From positions 1-64,000 of the forward strand of contig DASXQR010000073.1 of NCBI GenBank assembly GCA_036507075.1: a stretch of 64,000 bases of DNA. The letters run 5' to 3'. The stretch is from Acidobacteriota bacterium. Its GTDB lineage: Bacteria > Acidobacteriota > UBA6911 > JACQSX01. Shown here one piece after another: positions 51,043 through 61,102 of this stretch. Both the position numbers and the translations under genes were made by a program. How positions within the stretch are numbered: position 1 is the first letter of the stretch; each line of letters starts with the position of its first letter. The notes under the pieces are model-generated. The model saw nothing but the letters and a program-made list of their open reading frames with translations. It made no database searches and was not told where the DNA came from.

Positions 51043-52821
51043 ATGCTCACCTTCCTGCTGAAACGCAAGAGTCCAGACCAGCTCATCGGCGATTCGGAGA
51101 CACCCGAACGCAGGATGCGTCGCTCCCTTTCCGCTTTTGACCTTACCGCCTTAGGCGTCGGGGCCACGATCGGCGCCGGAATCTTCGCGCTGACCGGCAC
51201 GGCCGCCGCCGGCCAGGCTTCAAATGCGACTGGAACTTTCATTGATACTCCGGTTCTGAACTTTATTATCCAGGGCCTGACTGGCGGCTCTTTGGAACTT
51301 GGCAGGCTGGGCGCCGGACCCGCCATCGTGGTTTCATTCCTGGTGGCGGCACTCGCCTGCGCTTTCGCGGCGATTTGTTACGCCGAACTCGCCTCCATGA
51401 TTCCTGTTTCCGGAAGCGCCTACACGTATTCCTACGCCACCCTCGGCGAAATCATCGCCTGGATTATCGGCTGGGATTTGATCCTGGAATATGCCGTGGG
51501 AAACATTGCGGTAGCGACCAGTTGGTCCGGCTATTTTGTCGAGCTTATTTACAACACCATCGGCCTGAAGTTCCCGCTCTGGCTGGTTGCAGATATCAAA
51601 ACCGCGTCGGCAAAGCTGTCTGAAGGCGGCGCCGGACTGCAGATGTTCTCGTCGACCGACTTACCCCGGCTTTTTGGCCATCATATCGCGCTCAACATTC
51701 CGGCCTTCGCCATTGTTGCCGCCCTGACGGCGCTGCTGATTTACGGCATCAAAGAAAGCGCAACCGCCAACACAGTCGCCGTGATAGCGAAGGTTGGCAT
51801 CGTGATTTTCTTCGTCGCTTTTGGCGCATTCTATGTAAGGCCCGGAAACTGGGTTCCATTTGCGCCCAACGGCTTCCTCGGAGTAATGGGCGGCGCGGCG
51901 ATTGTGTTCTTTGCTTTCATCGGATTCGACGCCGTTTCCACCACGGCCGAAGAAGCGCGCAATCCGCAGCGCGATATGCCAATCGGGATGATAGCCTCGC
52001 TGGCAGTCACCACAGTCCTTTATATCGGCGTGTCAATGGTTCTGACCGGAATGTTGAACTGGAGGCAGCTTAACGATGCCGCACCCGTGGCTAAAGCTCT
52101 GCGCGAGGTGGGCGGCGCTCGATGGGCCCAGGCTTTTGTAAGCGCCGGGGCGCTGGCGGGGATGACTTCCGTGCTGCTGGTTTTCCAGTTGGGGCAGCCG
52201 CGCATTTTCATGGCGATGGCGCGGGACGGTTTGCTGCCGCAGTACTTTTCCAGAGTTCATCCACGGTTTCGTACCCCGCATGTCACAACTTTCTGGACGG
52301 GGGTGTTCGTTGCCGTCCCCGCGCTTTTTATCGACATCGGGTCGGCCGCCGAACTCACCAATATCGGCACCCTCTTTGCGTTCATCCTGGTTTGCGCGGG
52401 AGTGATCGCGCTGCGCAGGATCGATCCGCACCGGCCGCGGCCCTTCCGAACCCCGATGGTTCCGCTGGTTCCTTCCATCGGAATTGTGCTTTGCATTGTG
52501 CTGATGTTCAGCCTTCCGCTGCTGACCTGGATGCGTTTTTATGGCTGGTTAAGGATCGGACTGACGATCTATCTCGGGTATGGAATTATAAAGAGCGCCA
52601 TGATCGCCGACGACGCCGGCCGTCTGGAAGCGCGCGCAATCAGTTCGACCACCGCAGCCCGTCTCGGTCTGATTGCCGTATTGATTGATGCCTCCATCGC
52701 GGCACTGCTTTGGGCGTTTCACCCGGATTTTTTCCACACCACAGAGTTTGTTCTCTTCGCCGGAATTCTGGTTTTCTCCGATGCCGTGCACGCCTGGATT
52801 GCCGTATCCCGGCGGACGTAA
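51043..52821 (+). CDS. APC-family amino acid permease
   Basis: GATIGAGIF, AGPA, YAELAS..GSAYTY, FFAFIGFD, PRIFMAMARDG; many TM helices. Confidence 0.95.
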   Translation: MLTFLLKRKSPDQLIGDSETPERRMRRSLSAFDLTALGVGATIGAGIFALTGTAAAGQASNATGTFIDTPVLNFIIQGLTGGSLELGRLGAGPAIVVSFLVAALACAFAAICYAELASMIPVSGSAYTYSYATLGEIIAWIIGWDLILEYAVGNIAVATSWSGYFVELIYNTIGLKFPLWLVADIKTASAKLSEGGAGLQMFSSTDLPRLFGHHIALNIPAFAIVAALTALLIYGIKESATANTVAVIAKVGIVIFFVAFGAFYVRPGNWVPFAPNGFLGVMGGAAIVFFAFIGFDAVSTTAEEARNPQRDMPIGMIASLAVTTVLYIGVSMVLTGMLNWRQLNDAAPVAKALREVGGARWAQAFVSAGALAGMTSVLLVFQLGQPRIFMAMARDGLLPQYFSRVHPRFRTPHVTTFWTGVFVAVPALFIDIGSAAELTNIGTLFAFILVCAGVIALRRIDPHRPRPFRTPMVPLVPSIGIVLCIVLMFSLPLLTWMRFYGWLRIGLTIYLGYGIIKSAMIADDAGRLEARAISSTTAARLGLIAVLIDASIAALLWAFHPDFFHTTEFVLFAGILVFSDAVHAWIAVSRRT

Positions 52822-52867
52822 TGCCCCAAACGAAAAGGAAACGAAAAGGGGACAGACACCGGTTTGA

Positions 52868-52988
52868 AATGCGGAATGCGGAATGCGGAATGCGGAATGC
52901 GGAATGCGGAATGCGGAATAAGAAGTGATTTTGGTCTTAGCTTTGAAGCCTTGAGTTGGACACATTCCGCATTCCCCAATCCGCATTC
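52868..52988. repeat. inverted heptamer array, family A
   Basis: 7 perfect AATGCGG units, ~45-nt core, ATTCCGCATTCCCCAATCCGCATTCG. Confidence 0.92.
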
Positions 52989-52997
52989 GGACGTGCG

Positions 52998-53957
52998 CTA
53001 GAAAATCTTGCTGCCGGCACTCACTCTTTCCAGAATTGCAATAGTCTTCGATCCGCGGTTGCAAACCAGAACGTAGCGGTTATCGCTGCCTGGTTCGACA
53101 AACGCCGGACGCACACCCACCTGGATCTGCTCCTGCTCGGTGAGCGTGTCCGTTTCAAAGACGGCAACACTTCCTTCCAGCCCGTTGCACACGTACAGGT
53201 ACTTGCCATCGGCGCTGATGGCCAGTCCCACTGGCCCGCTGCCGGTAGAAATCCTCTTGGTCTCCCTTTCTACGTCCAGTGAAATTCGAAGCAGCGTATT
53301 TCTAGGGCCGAGAGCAAACAGCCACCGCTCGTCCCGATCGATCTTCAACGGGCTGTCCCTGGCGGTCAGAACTTCAAAAGAATGAAGCACCGATCGGGAC
53401 AACAAGTCGATCACGGCAATCTTATGCATTCCCACGATCACATAGGCCGTACGACGCCGGGGAGCAACGGCAAGGCCGCCCACAGCGCCATCGAAGGACA
53501 GATCTTTAGCGGAACGCAGATTAAAGCCGTTGAGAAATGAAACTCGTTGTTCTCGGGACTGCGCCAGCAGGATTGTCTGGTTGTACTGGGCAAAAAACGT
53601 CGGACCGTCTCCGGTGGGAACATTGCGCATCAGCCGGTTGCCGTAAAGGTCGAACAGACCAATGCGCCGTCCGTTCCAGAATCCCACCACCGCGAGTTTC
53701 CCGTGCGGCAAGCGGTGAATATACAAAGGCGACCCTTCCACTCTGATTCTTCGCACCACTCTCGCCAGCCGGAGATCATACACAAGCACCTGTTCGTCGG
53801 CCGTGGTGATCGCCAACTTTTGATTATCACTGCTGAGAGAACAGGCAACCGGCACAGAATCCAGCCTGATCGTGGTGTACAGCTTGTGGGTCGCCTGGGC
53901 GTAGACCGCGGGGCCAATGAGAACGGCCAACAGCACCAGGAGGATTGATTTGGTCAT
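52998..53957 (-). CDS. secreted YncE/YVTN-type beta-propeller protein
   Basis: signal peptide; repeated blades such as TGSGPVGLAISADGKYLYVCN..GSVAVF. Confidence 0.85.
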   Translation of the reverse strand: MTKSILLVLLAVLIGPAVYAQATHKLYTTIRLDSVPVACSLSSDNQKLAITTADEQVLVYDLRLARVVRRIRVEGSPLYIHRLPHGKLAVVGFWNGRRIGLFDLYGNRLMRNVPTGDGPTFFAQYNQTILLAQSREQRVSFLNGFNLRSAKDLSFDGAVGGLAVAPRRRTAYVIVGMHKIAVIDLLSRSVLHSFEVLTARDSPLKIDRDERWLFALGPRNTLLRISLDVERETKRISTGSGPVGLAISADGKYLYVCNGLEGSVAVFETDTLTEQEQIQVGVRPAFVEPGSDNRYVLVCNRGSKTIAILERVSAGSKIF

Positions 53958-53978
53958 CACGAAATTCGCGTATGAATT

Positions 53979-54133
53979 TTTTACCACAAAGGCACCAAGG
54001 CACAAAGTCAGGCGAGTGGCAGGGAGAGGCCGGCCAGCTCCAGTGACATGTTGCCAAGGCGCCGGTTGCATGGGCTGACCGGCCTCTCCCTGCCACTCGT
54101 CTGACTTTGTGCCTTGGTGCCTTTGTGGTAAAA
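53979..54133. repeat. near-perfect 60-bp inverted repeat with family D outer arms
   Basis: 53979-54038 vs 54074-54133 reverse-complementary at 58/60, 35-nt loop. Confidence 0.95.
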
Positions 54134-54148
54134 ATCCGTACTCGGATA

Positions 54149-55354
54149 TCATCGGAAAACCACCCGCTCTTCCGGTTCCCTTCGAAATCGCTCAATCCAC
54201 TCAACGCACTGCTCTGCACCGGAGGCCTGGCGAACATCTATATGATTCGTGCACTCCAGCTTTTGGCGAATGAAAGATTGTAAGACATGGGTTTCCCACG
54301 TTTCCGCAGCCGAATAGCCGGAAAAAAAGATGGCGCGCAGTCTTTCTTGGAGCTTGGAGCGCTGATCGCGTCGCCCGCCGTAGAGAGAATCCCCGGCGAA
54401 TTTGCCTTCCCGCACAAAAAAGAGATGCAGTTGGCTTTTCCTGCTTCCCGGCAACACAAGAACCAGGTCCGCATCGCGATAATATTCGGATCCCCGTTCA
54501 CGAACCTCAAGCTGTGTGTTGATTTGCGGTTTCCACTTCTCGATGGCGCGTGCTTCTTCCAGGAAAGCCTCCAGCTCGCTTCCCACAGCAAGATATTCAA
54601 TCTGGCAGAGACGTTCGTGAATGCGAGCCAGCTTGTCATCCCAATGTCTGGGAGGGATGAAGTAACTGCGCAGGCGCCGGCTGAGATTCTTGCTTTTCCC
54701 GACATAAAAAATCTCTCCATTGCTATCCGCCATCCAGTAAATCCCGGCGGTCTCCGGAAGCTGGTCCAGATAATCCTGGCGGAACCGGTAACGCGAGAAA
54801 TCAAGCTCCTGCTGTCCAGCCACAAGCTGCTGAAGATGCAGCAATCCAAAGTTCTCTTCCAGAAATCCAGCGGCCTGGCCCAGCAAAGTGGCAACCTGGC
54901 GTGTTTTGGCGGGCTCCTGGAATGTACTGCCGACGTGCTTTGCCACTTCGGACAAGCGCACGCGCTTTCGCCCTCGCCGGGGAAAGGCTGCGCGCCACAA
55001 ATCCTGAAAATCCCAACTCGAGTTTTCCGAATCAGGAAGCCATCCGGCGAATCGCAGCAGCAGCTCCAGCGCTACATTCAGATCGGGCCAGCACAAAACC
55101 GGGCTTCGCAGGCACCGCTTTAACGCTTCCGGCCCTGCTCCTTCCCGCCTGCAGGAGAAGGGCGACTCTTCAAGCAGCTCTTCGGTCAGGCGCATCGGAA
55201 TGGGAATCCTGAGGCGGCACGCCTCCCGTCGCGCTTCCCCGCCTTGCCAGCGCTGCACAAATAACTCTTCTACAAACTCGTGACAGCCTCGTATCTGCCG
55301 GCGGGTGGCAACGACAATGCTAAAATTTTCTGTTTCGGCCTCAATTCCTGTCAT
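54149..55354 (-). CDS. GIY-YIG (UvrC/Cho-like) nuclease domain protein
   Basis: LPETAGIYWM....IFYVGKSKNLSRRLRSYF..GSELEAFLEE..I..KPQIN; start uncertain. Confidence 0.8.
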   Translation of the reverse strand: MTGIEAETENFSIVVATRRQIRGCHEFVEELFVQRWQGGEARREACRLRIPIPMRLTEELLEESPFSCRREGAGPEALKRCLRSPVLCWPDLNVALELLLRFAGWLPDSENSSWDFQDLWRAAFPRRGRKRVRLSEVAKHVGSTFQEPAKTRQVATLLGQAAGFLEENFGLLHLQQLVAGQQELDFSRYRFRQDYLDQLPETAGIYWMADSNGEIFYVGKSKNLSRRLRSYFIPPRHWDDKLARIHERLCQIEYLAVGSELEAFLEEARAIEKWKPQINTQLEVRERGSEYYRDADLVLVLPGSRKSQLHLFFVREGKFAGDSLYGGRRDQRSKLQERLRAIFFSGYSAAETWETHVLQSFIRQKLECTNHIDVRQASGAEQCVEWIERFRREPEERVVFR

Positions 55355-55365
55355 ATTCCTGTCGC

Positions 55366-56292
55366 ATGGATACGGTTGAGCGGCCTTTGCAAACAAGAGG
55401 TTTCCGGCACTGGCTGGCGGATGGCGCGCTCGTGGTGGTGACCCTCATCTGGGGGTTTTCCTTTGTCATCGTAAAGCAGAGCCTGCAGGATGTGCCTGCT
55501 TTTTACTTTAACGCCCTGCGCTTTACCGTGGCTACCGCGACGTTTCTTCCTTTTACTGTGGGCCGGCTCAAAATGCTGGGACCGATGTGCCGGCCCTCTC
55601 TGGCTCTTGCGGCGTTCCTGTTTGCCGGTTTTGCCTTCCAGACGAGTGGTTTGCAATTCACCACCCCTTCAAAATCGGCTTTAATCACGGCATCTTCGGT
55701 TATTCTTGTGCCCGTCTTCCTCTGGCTGGTTTTCAGAAAACGATCAGACCGGAGCGCAGTTGCAGGCGTGATCGTCGCATTCGGGGGGCTATACCTGCTC
55801 AGTTTCCCGCGCTCGGGGCTTCAAGTGAGCCCGGGGGACGTCCTGACAGCCTTTGGTGCCATCGCCTGGGCGTTCCACATCATCCTGATCGGCCGTTATT
55901 CGCCGCACTATCCGGTACTTACTCTAACCACCCTGCAGATTTTCTTTGCCGGCGCTGCCTTCTGGATTACCGCCTTGGCGCTCCACCAGGTCCGGCCTGT
56001 ATCGCTGCCCGTTGTGCCAGCCGTGTTATACACCGGAGTTCTGGCAACCGGCCTAAGTTTTGTCCTGCAAACATGGGCGCAGCGTCATACCTCTCCCACC
56101 CGGGCAGGCCTGCTGTTCACGACCGAACCGCTTTTTGCCGTGATTACCGCCTATTTCTGGATCGGGGAACGGCTTACCCTTCGCGAGAGCCTCGGCGGGG
56201 CGCTGATCGTGGCGGGCGTGCTGGTGGCCGAAGCCGGATACCACTGGCGAATCTCCCGCCGGGTCCGCAGCAAGCACTCTGCCTCTCTGTGA
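55366..56292 (+). CDS. DMT/EamA family transporter
   Basis: LIWGFSF, RF, QTSGL, GDVL, QTWAQ, EPLFA, GERL; about 10 TM helices. Confidence 0.92.
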   Translation: MDTVERPLQTRGFRHWLADGALVVVTLIWGFSFVIVKQSLQDVPAFYFNALRFTVATATFLPFTVGRLKMLGPMCRPSLALAAFLFAGFAFQTSGLQFTTPSKSALITASSVILVPVFLWLVFRKRSDRSAVAGVIVAFGGLYLLSFPRSGLQVSPGDVLTAFGAIAWAFHIILIGRYSPHYPVLTLTTLQIFFAGAAFWITALALHQVRPVSLPVVPAVLYTGVLATGLSFVLQTWAQRHTSPTRAGLLFTTEPLFAVITAYFWIGERLTLRESLGGALIVAGVLVAEAGYHWRISRRVRSKHSASL

Positions 56293-56397
56293 TAAAATCT
56301 GACGGTAACCCCTTTGAGAGTGAAGGAAGACAGATTTTTCAACCATTGTCGGGTGATACTCGTATAAATACTGATTGAACCCGGAGGAGTAAGTAAG

Positions 56398-58002
56398 ATG
56401 AGTCAGAAACATTGGAGCGAGGTCTTAAGGGAACGCCGTGGATTGCTTTTTGCAATCCTCCTTTTTACCCTCGCCGTTGGAATAACGATTGGAACTTTAA
56501 TACAGTACGGCGTGCGCGCGGAGCGCAGCGATGTAGCCCAGTTAAAAATCACCGGAGAGGGCCAGCCTCTCAGCCTGAACGGAACGGCCTCATTGCAGGA
56601 CGGATTCAACAAGGTCGCTCAGACCGTGGAGCCGGCCGTAGTCAATATCAACACGCGGCAGATCATACGCGCCCAGCGACGCCCCCGGCAGCAGGCGCCC
56701 CGAGACCAGCAGAGCCCGCGCGAATTTTTCGACGATGATTTCTTCGATCGATTTTTCGGAATGGTCCCTGACACGGACCGCAAGGTGGAAGGGCTCGGTT
56801 CCGGCGTGATCGTCGACAGCGCAGGTTACATTCTCACCAACAATCACGTGATTGAAAGGGTCGACAAGATCACCGTGAAACTGCAGAGCGGCGAGGAATA
56901 CAGCGCCAATATCGTCGGCGCCGATCCGGACAACGATCTGGCCGTTTTGAAAGTCGACACGAAGAAGCAGCTTCCGTTTGCGAAGGTCGGGGACGCGGAC
57001 AAACTAAGAGTGGGAGACTGGGTACTGGCAATAGGCAGCCCGTTCGGATTCGAGCAGACTGTGACAGCCGGGATTATCAGCGCTACTCATCGAACCGTTG
57101 AAAACACTCGTTCGTTCGGAGATTTCCTGCAGACCGACGCGGCCATCAACCCCGGCAACAGCGGCGGACCGCTGGTGAACATGCGGGGCGAAGTCGTCGG
57201 GATCAATTCCTTCATCTCGAGTACCGTTCGCGGTTATCAGGGAGTCGGTTTCGCAATTCCCAGCTCGGTATTCGTCAATTCCTACAATCAACTGGTATCG
57301 CGCGGAAAGATGGAGCGTGGCTGGCTGGGCGTTACTATGAACGATGAGATTACCTCCGAAATGGCCAAGTTCTTCGGCGCCACTACCAGAGACGGGGGGG
57401 GCTACGGGGTGTTGATCACGCGACTGGTAGACGAACAGGGCAATCCGTCCAGCAGCGCCGGCCCGGCCGCAAAAGCGGGAATTCGCGAGGAAGACATCAT
57501 CGTGGAATTCAACGGCAAGCCGATCCGCAATCGATCGGAGCTTCGCTCAGTGGTTGCCAACACACCTCCCGGCAAAACAGTGCCGATCAAGGTTGTCCGC
57601 TTCGGCCAGGTCAAGAGCTTCAACGTGAAGTTGGAGGAAAGAGTACTGTCGGACCGGGAAGAGTCGCCCGTTTCCCTTGACAAGCGCGAGGAACCGCCCA
57701 AGGACAAGACCATCGGATTGCAGATTCAGGACCTGCGGCGCGGTGAAATGCAGCAACTCGGCGTTGACGAAGAAGGGGTTCTCATCACCGAGGTCACTCC
57801 CGGCAGTCTGGCCGACGACGCCAAGCTGGAACCGAACATGGTGATTGTTCGGGCTAACGGAAAGCCGATGAAGAGTGCTCAGCAGTTCCGCGATTATGTC
57901 ACCGGGCTTCGTTCCGGCGAAGCAGTGGTACTGCGGGTGGTTGTGCCGTTTGGGCCACGCCGCCAGCCCAACGTGATGTATACGTCGTTCGTGAAGCCCT
58001 GA
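56398..58002 (+). CDS. DegP/HtrA (Do-family) serine protease with two PDZ domains
   Basis: GSGVI, TNNHV, DLAVLK, QTDAAINPGNSGGPL; GGAGG RBS. Confidence 0.95.
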   Translation: MSQKHWSEVLRERRGLLFAILLFTLAVGITIGTLIQYGVRAERSDVAQLKITGEGQPLSLNGTASLQDGFNKVAQTVEPAVVNINTRQIIRAQRRPRQQAPRDQQSPREFFDDDFFDRFFGMVPDTDRKVEGLGSGVIVDSAGYILTNNHVIERVDKITVKLQSGEEYSANIVGADPDNDLAVLKVDTKKQLPFAKVGDADKLRVGDWVLAIGSPFGFEQTVTAGIISATHRTVENTRSFGDFLQTDAAINPGNSGGPLVNMRGEVVGINSFISSTVRGYQGVGFAIPSSVFVNSYNQLVSRGKMERGWLGVTMNDEITSEMAKFFGATTRDGGGYGVLITRLVDEQGNPSSSAGPAAKAGIREEDIIVEFNGKPIRNRSELRSVVANTPPGKTVPIKVVRFGQVKSFNVKLEERVLSDREESPVSLDKREEPPKDKTIGLQIQDLRRGEMQQLGVDEEGVLITEVTPGSLADDAKLEPNMVIVRANGKPMKSAQQFRDYVTGLRSGEAVVLRVVVPFGPRRQPNVMYTSFVKP

Positions 58003-58022
58003 AGGCGGCAATCCGCACGATT

Positions 58023-58082
58023 AAGTTCCCGAGCTTGGTGCCTTGGTGGTCAGAAAGAATTGAACCACCAAGGCACCAAGCC
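58023..58082. repeat. family D cassette
   Basis: AAGTTCCCGAGCTTGGTGCCTTGGTGGT-loop-GAACCACCAAGGCACCAAGCC. Confidence 0.85.
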
Positions 58083-58237
58083 TTCCCTTCCTGTCGAACA
58101 GGACCAGCCATCCAGAATTCCCGCCGAACTGTAAGAACGTTTGCGATTCGGTATCGCCAATTTAGATTCTTGAATTCGCAATCAGGCGACTTCTAGTAGA
58201 CTAAACTCTCCAGTTCCTGACTGTCGCTGAAATCGTT

Positions 58238-59746
58238 ATGGCAAAGCCCCGCGTATTTAATAACTTCATCGATGGCGAATGGGTTCCATGCCGCTCCGGC
58301 AGAACGTTTGAAAATAGAAACCCCGCCGACCAGGACGACATCATCGGCTTGTTTCAGGAATCCTCGGAAGCCGACGTAAACGACGCGGTCGAAGCGGCTG
58401 CGCGCGCCTACCAGAAATGGAGGCTCTTCCCCGCCCCCAAACGGGCTGAAATCCTGTTTCGCGCCGCCCAGATTCTGATTGAGCGCAAGGAAGGATTTGC
58501 CCGCGACATGACTCGCGAGATGGGGAAGATACTGACCGAAACCCGTGGAGACGTCCAGGAAGCCATCGACATGACGTTTTACATGGCAGGCGAGGGACGG
58601 CGCATGTTTGGATTCACGGTTCCCTCGGAGCTTCCCAACAAGTGGGCCATGTCCGTTCGCATGCCCCTGGGCGTATGCGGAATGATTACGCCGTGGAACT
58701 TTCCCATGGCGATTCCCTCGTGGAAGATGATCCCCGCGCTCGTTGCCGGCAACACTGTCGTGATCAAGTCTGCCGAAGACACACCCTTGTCTCTGGTTAA
58801 TTTCTGCAGGAGTCTGGAAGATGCCGGAATTCCGCGCGGAGTGGTGAACATGGTCAGCGGATCGGGTCCGGCTGTGGGAGCCCCGTTGGTGCGGCATCCC
58901 GACGTTGCCATGATTTCGTTCACCGGCTCGACCGAAGTGGGGCAGGAAGTTGCCAGGATGTGCGCCCCCACAACCAAGCCGCACCATCTGGAAATGGGCG
59001 GCAAGAACATTATTATGGTCATGGAGGATGCCGACCTCGAGCTGGCCATCGAAGGCGCGCTTTGGGGAGGCTTTGGAACCAGCGGACAGCGCTGTACGGC
59101 CGCCAGCAGGCTGGCTGTTGACAGGAATGTCTATCGGGAATTCACGCGCAAGTTGGTCGATCGGGCTCGCCGCCTTCGTGTCGGCAATGGATTGGACGCC
59201 AAGGTTGACATGGGGCCGCTGATCAATGCCGCGCAACTGGAAACGGTGGACCGCTATGTTCAGATCGGAAAGAATGAAGGCGCGCGTCTGGCCACCGGCG
59301 GAAGCATCCTGGCGAAGGGAAGTTACAAACGCGGTTTCTTTTTCGAGCCCACAATCTTTCTTGACGCCGATCCAGAAATGCGAATCGCCAGGGAGGAAAT
59401 CTTTGGCCCGGTGGTCAGCGTCATGCCGGTCACCGGCCTGGAAGAGGCGATAGAGATCGGCAATTCGGTCGACTACGGCCTTTCTTCGTCCATCTACACT
59501 CGAGATGTGAACAAAGCGTTTGTCGCTGTGCGGGATATGTTTACCGGAATTGTTTACGTCAATGCTTCGACCATTGGCGCCGAAGTGCACCTTCCCTTTG
59601 GAGGCACCAAAGCAACCGGCAACGGTCATCGGGAGGCGGGACATGCCGCCCTGGATGTCTTCACCGAATGGAAATCAGTTTATGTGGATTTCAGCGGAAA
59701 ACTGCAGCGGGCTCAAATCGATCAACTGGAGGATTCGCAGCCGTGA
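58238..59746 (+). CDS. aldehyde dehydrogenase family protein
   Basis: [38 protein letters not shown]. Confidence 0.95.
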   Translation: MAKPRVFNNFIDGEWVPCRSGRTFENRNPADQDDIIGLFQESSEADVNDAVEAAARAYQKWRLFPAPKRAEILFRAAQILIERKEGFARDMTREMGKILTETRGDVQEAIDMTFYMAGEGRRMFGFTVPSELPNKWAMSVRMPLGVCGMITPWNFPMAIPSWKMIPALVAGNTVVIKSAEDTPLSLVNFCRSLEDAGIPRGVVNMVSGSGPAVGAPLVRHPDVAMISFTGSTEVGQEVARMCAPTTKPHHLEMGGKNIIMVMEDADLELAIEGALWGGFGTSGQRCTAASRLAVDRNVYREFTRKLVDRARRLRVGNGLDAKVDMGPLINAAQLETVDRYVQIGKNEGARLATGGSILAKGSYKRGFFFEPTIFLDADPEMRIAREEIFGPVVSVMPVTGLEEAIEIGNSVDYGLSSSIYTRDVNKAFVAVRDMFTGIVYVNASTIGAEVHLPFGGTKATGNGHREAGHAALDVFTEWKSVYVDFSGKLQRAQIDQLEDSQP

Positions 59747-60861
59747 TCATCGGACTTCCGCGCGAAGTGAAAAATAATGAATATCGCGTTGGACTGGTTC
59801 CGGCCGGAGTTCATTCACTCGCAGTCGACGGGCATGAAGTCCTGGTGGAAAAGGAGGCGGGCGAAGGCAGCGGTTTCAGCGATATGGAATACGAAAAAGC
59901 GGGAGCCGCCCTGATCTCATCGGCCAAAGAAGTCTTTGATCGATCCGACATGATCGTGAAAGTGAAGGAGCCGGTTGAGGAAGAATACGAACGTCTCAGG
60001 GAACGGCAAATCCTTTTTACCTATCTGCATCTGGCCCCGGCGCCAAAACTTACGCAGGTGTTGCTAAAGAAGAGGATCATCGGCATCGCCTACGAAACGA
60101 TCCCGGACCGTCGCGGCACGCTTCCGCTGCTGACCCCTATGAGTGAAGTCGCAGGGCGAATGTCAATTCACGTAGGCGCGTTTTATCTCCAGAAGACCAA
60201 TGGCGGACGCGGGAACCTGCTTGGTGGCGTGCCCGGCGTTCCGCCTTCGATGGTGCTCATCATCGGAGGCGGGATTGTAGGAACCAATGCCGCCAAGGTG
60301 GCCTGCGGCATGGGCGCGCGCGTCATCATCATGGACATCGATCCGGAAAGAATGCGCCAGCTCGATGACATTTTCTACGGGCGTGCCGAAACGCGCATGT
60401 CCCACCCCTTCAATATTGCTGAGCTGGTTTCACAGGCCGATGTGGTCATCGGCGCGGTGCTGATCCCCGGCGCTGAGGCCCCCAAACTGGTCACGCGAAA
60501 GATGCTCTCCAGCATGAAAAGAGGCTCCGTAATTGTCGATGTGGCGGTCGACCAGGGCGGCTGTTTTGAGACAACCCGGCCCACAACGCACAGCGATCCG
60601 GTCTATGAAGTGGATGGAGTGGTGCACTACTGCGTCACCAACATGCCGGGCGCCGTTCCCAGAACCAGCACTCTGGCCCTCACCAACGCAACCTTTCCTT
60701 ATGTTTCCAAGCTGGCGCGTGGTCTTCCCGCGGCTCTGAAAAGAGACCCTCTGATAAGTGAGGGAATCAACGTCTATGACGGCGAAGTGACGTGCAAACC
60801 CGTCGCCGAAGCCCAGGGATTAAAGTATCGCCCGGTGGCGGAGTTGCTGGCGGGGCGGTAG
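59743..60861 (+). CDS. ald: alanine dehydrogenase
   Basis: [58 protein letters not shown] start overlapping the upstream stop. Confidence 0.96.
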   Translation: MIIGLPREVKNNEYRVGLVPAGVHSLAVDGHEVLVEKEAGEGSGFSDMEYEKAGAALISSAKEVFDRSDMIVKVKEPVEEEYERLRERQILFTYLHLAPAPKLTQVLLKKRIIGIAYETIPDRRGTLPLLTPMSEVAGRMSIHVGAFYLQKTNGGRGNLLGGVPGVPPSMVLIIGGGIVGTNAAKVACGMGARVIIMDIDPERMRQLDDIFYGRAETRMSHPFNIAELVSQADVVIGAVLIPGAEAPKLVTRKMLSSMKRGSVIVDVAVDQGGCFETTRPTTHSDPVYEVDGVVHYCVTNMPGAVPRTSTLALTNATFPYVSKLARGLPAALKRDPLISEGINVYDGEVTCKPVAEAQGLKYRPVAELLAGR

Positions 60862-60862
60862 T

Positions 60863-61030
60863 GGGATTGAGGGATGGAGGGATGGAGGGATGGAGGGATA
60901 GAGAGAGGGAGAGAGGGAGGGATCGAGGGATTGAGAGGGAGACACATACTCTACCGCGTCTCACACTCCATAATCCCTCCGTCACCCCGTCCCTCCGTCA
61001 CCCCGTCCCTCCATCCCTCCATCCCTCTCC
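60863..61030. repeat. inverted octamer array, family C
   Basis: GGGATTGAGGGATGGAGGGATGGAGGGAT ... ATCCCTCCGTCACCCC..CCATCCCTCC directly after the ald stop. Confidence 0.85.
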
Positions 61031-61043
61031 CCCGTTCCCCACA

Positions 61044-61072
61044 TTGACTAGCACCGAAGCGAATGTTATAAA
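61044..61072 (+). promoter_or_regulatory. sigma70-type promoter of hrcA
   Basis: TTGACT-N17-TATAAA with a TGn extended -10. Confidence 0.75.
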
Positions 61073-61102
61073 ACTGAGCGTGGGTTCTCTCGCTAAGTAT
61101 TT

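Noticed and set aside
61048..61096. CIRCE operator upstream of hrcA
   Set aside because: Only a partial half-site; spacing and right arm do not fit TTAGCACTC-N9-GAGTGCTAA
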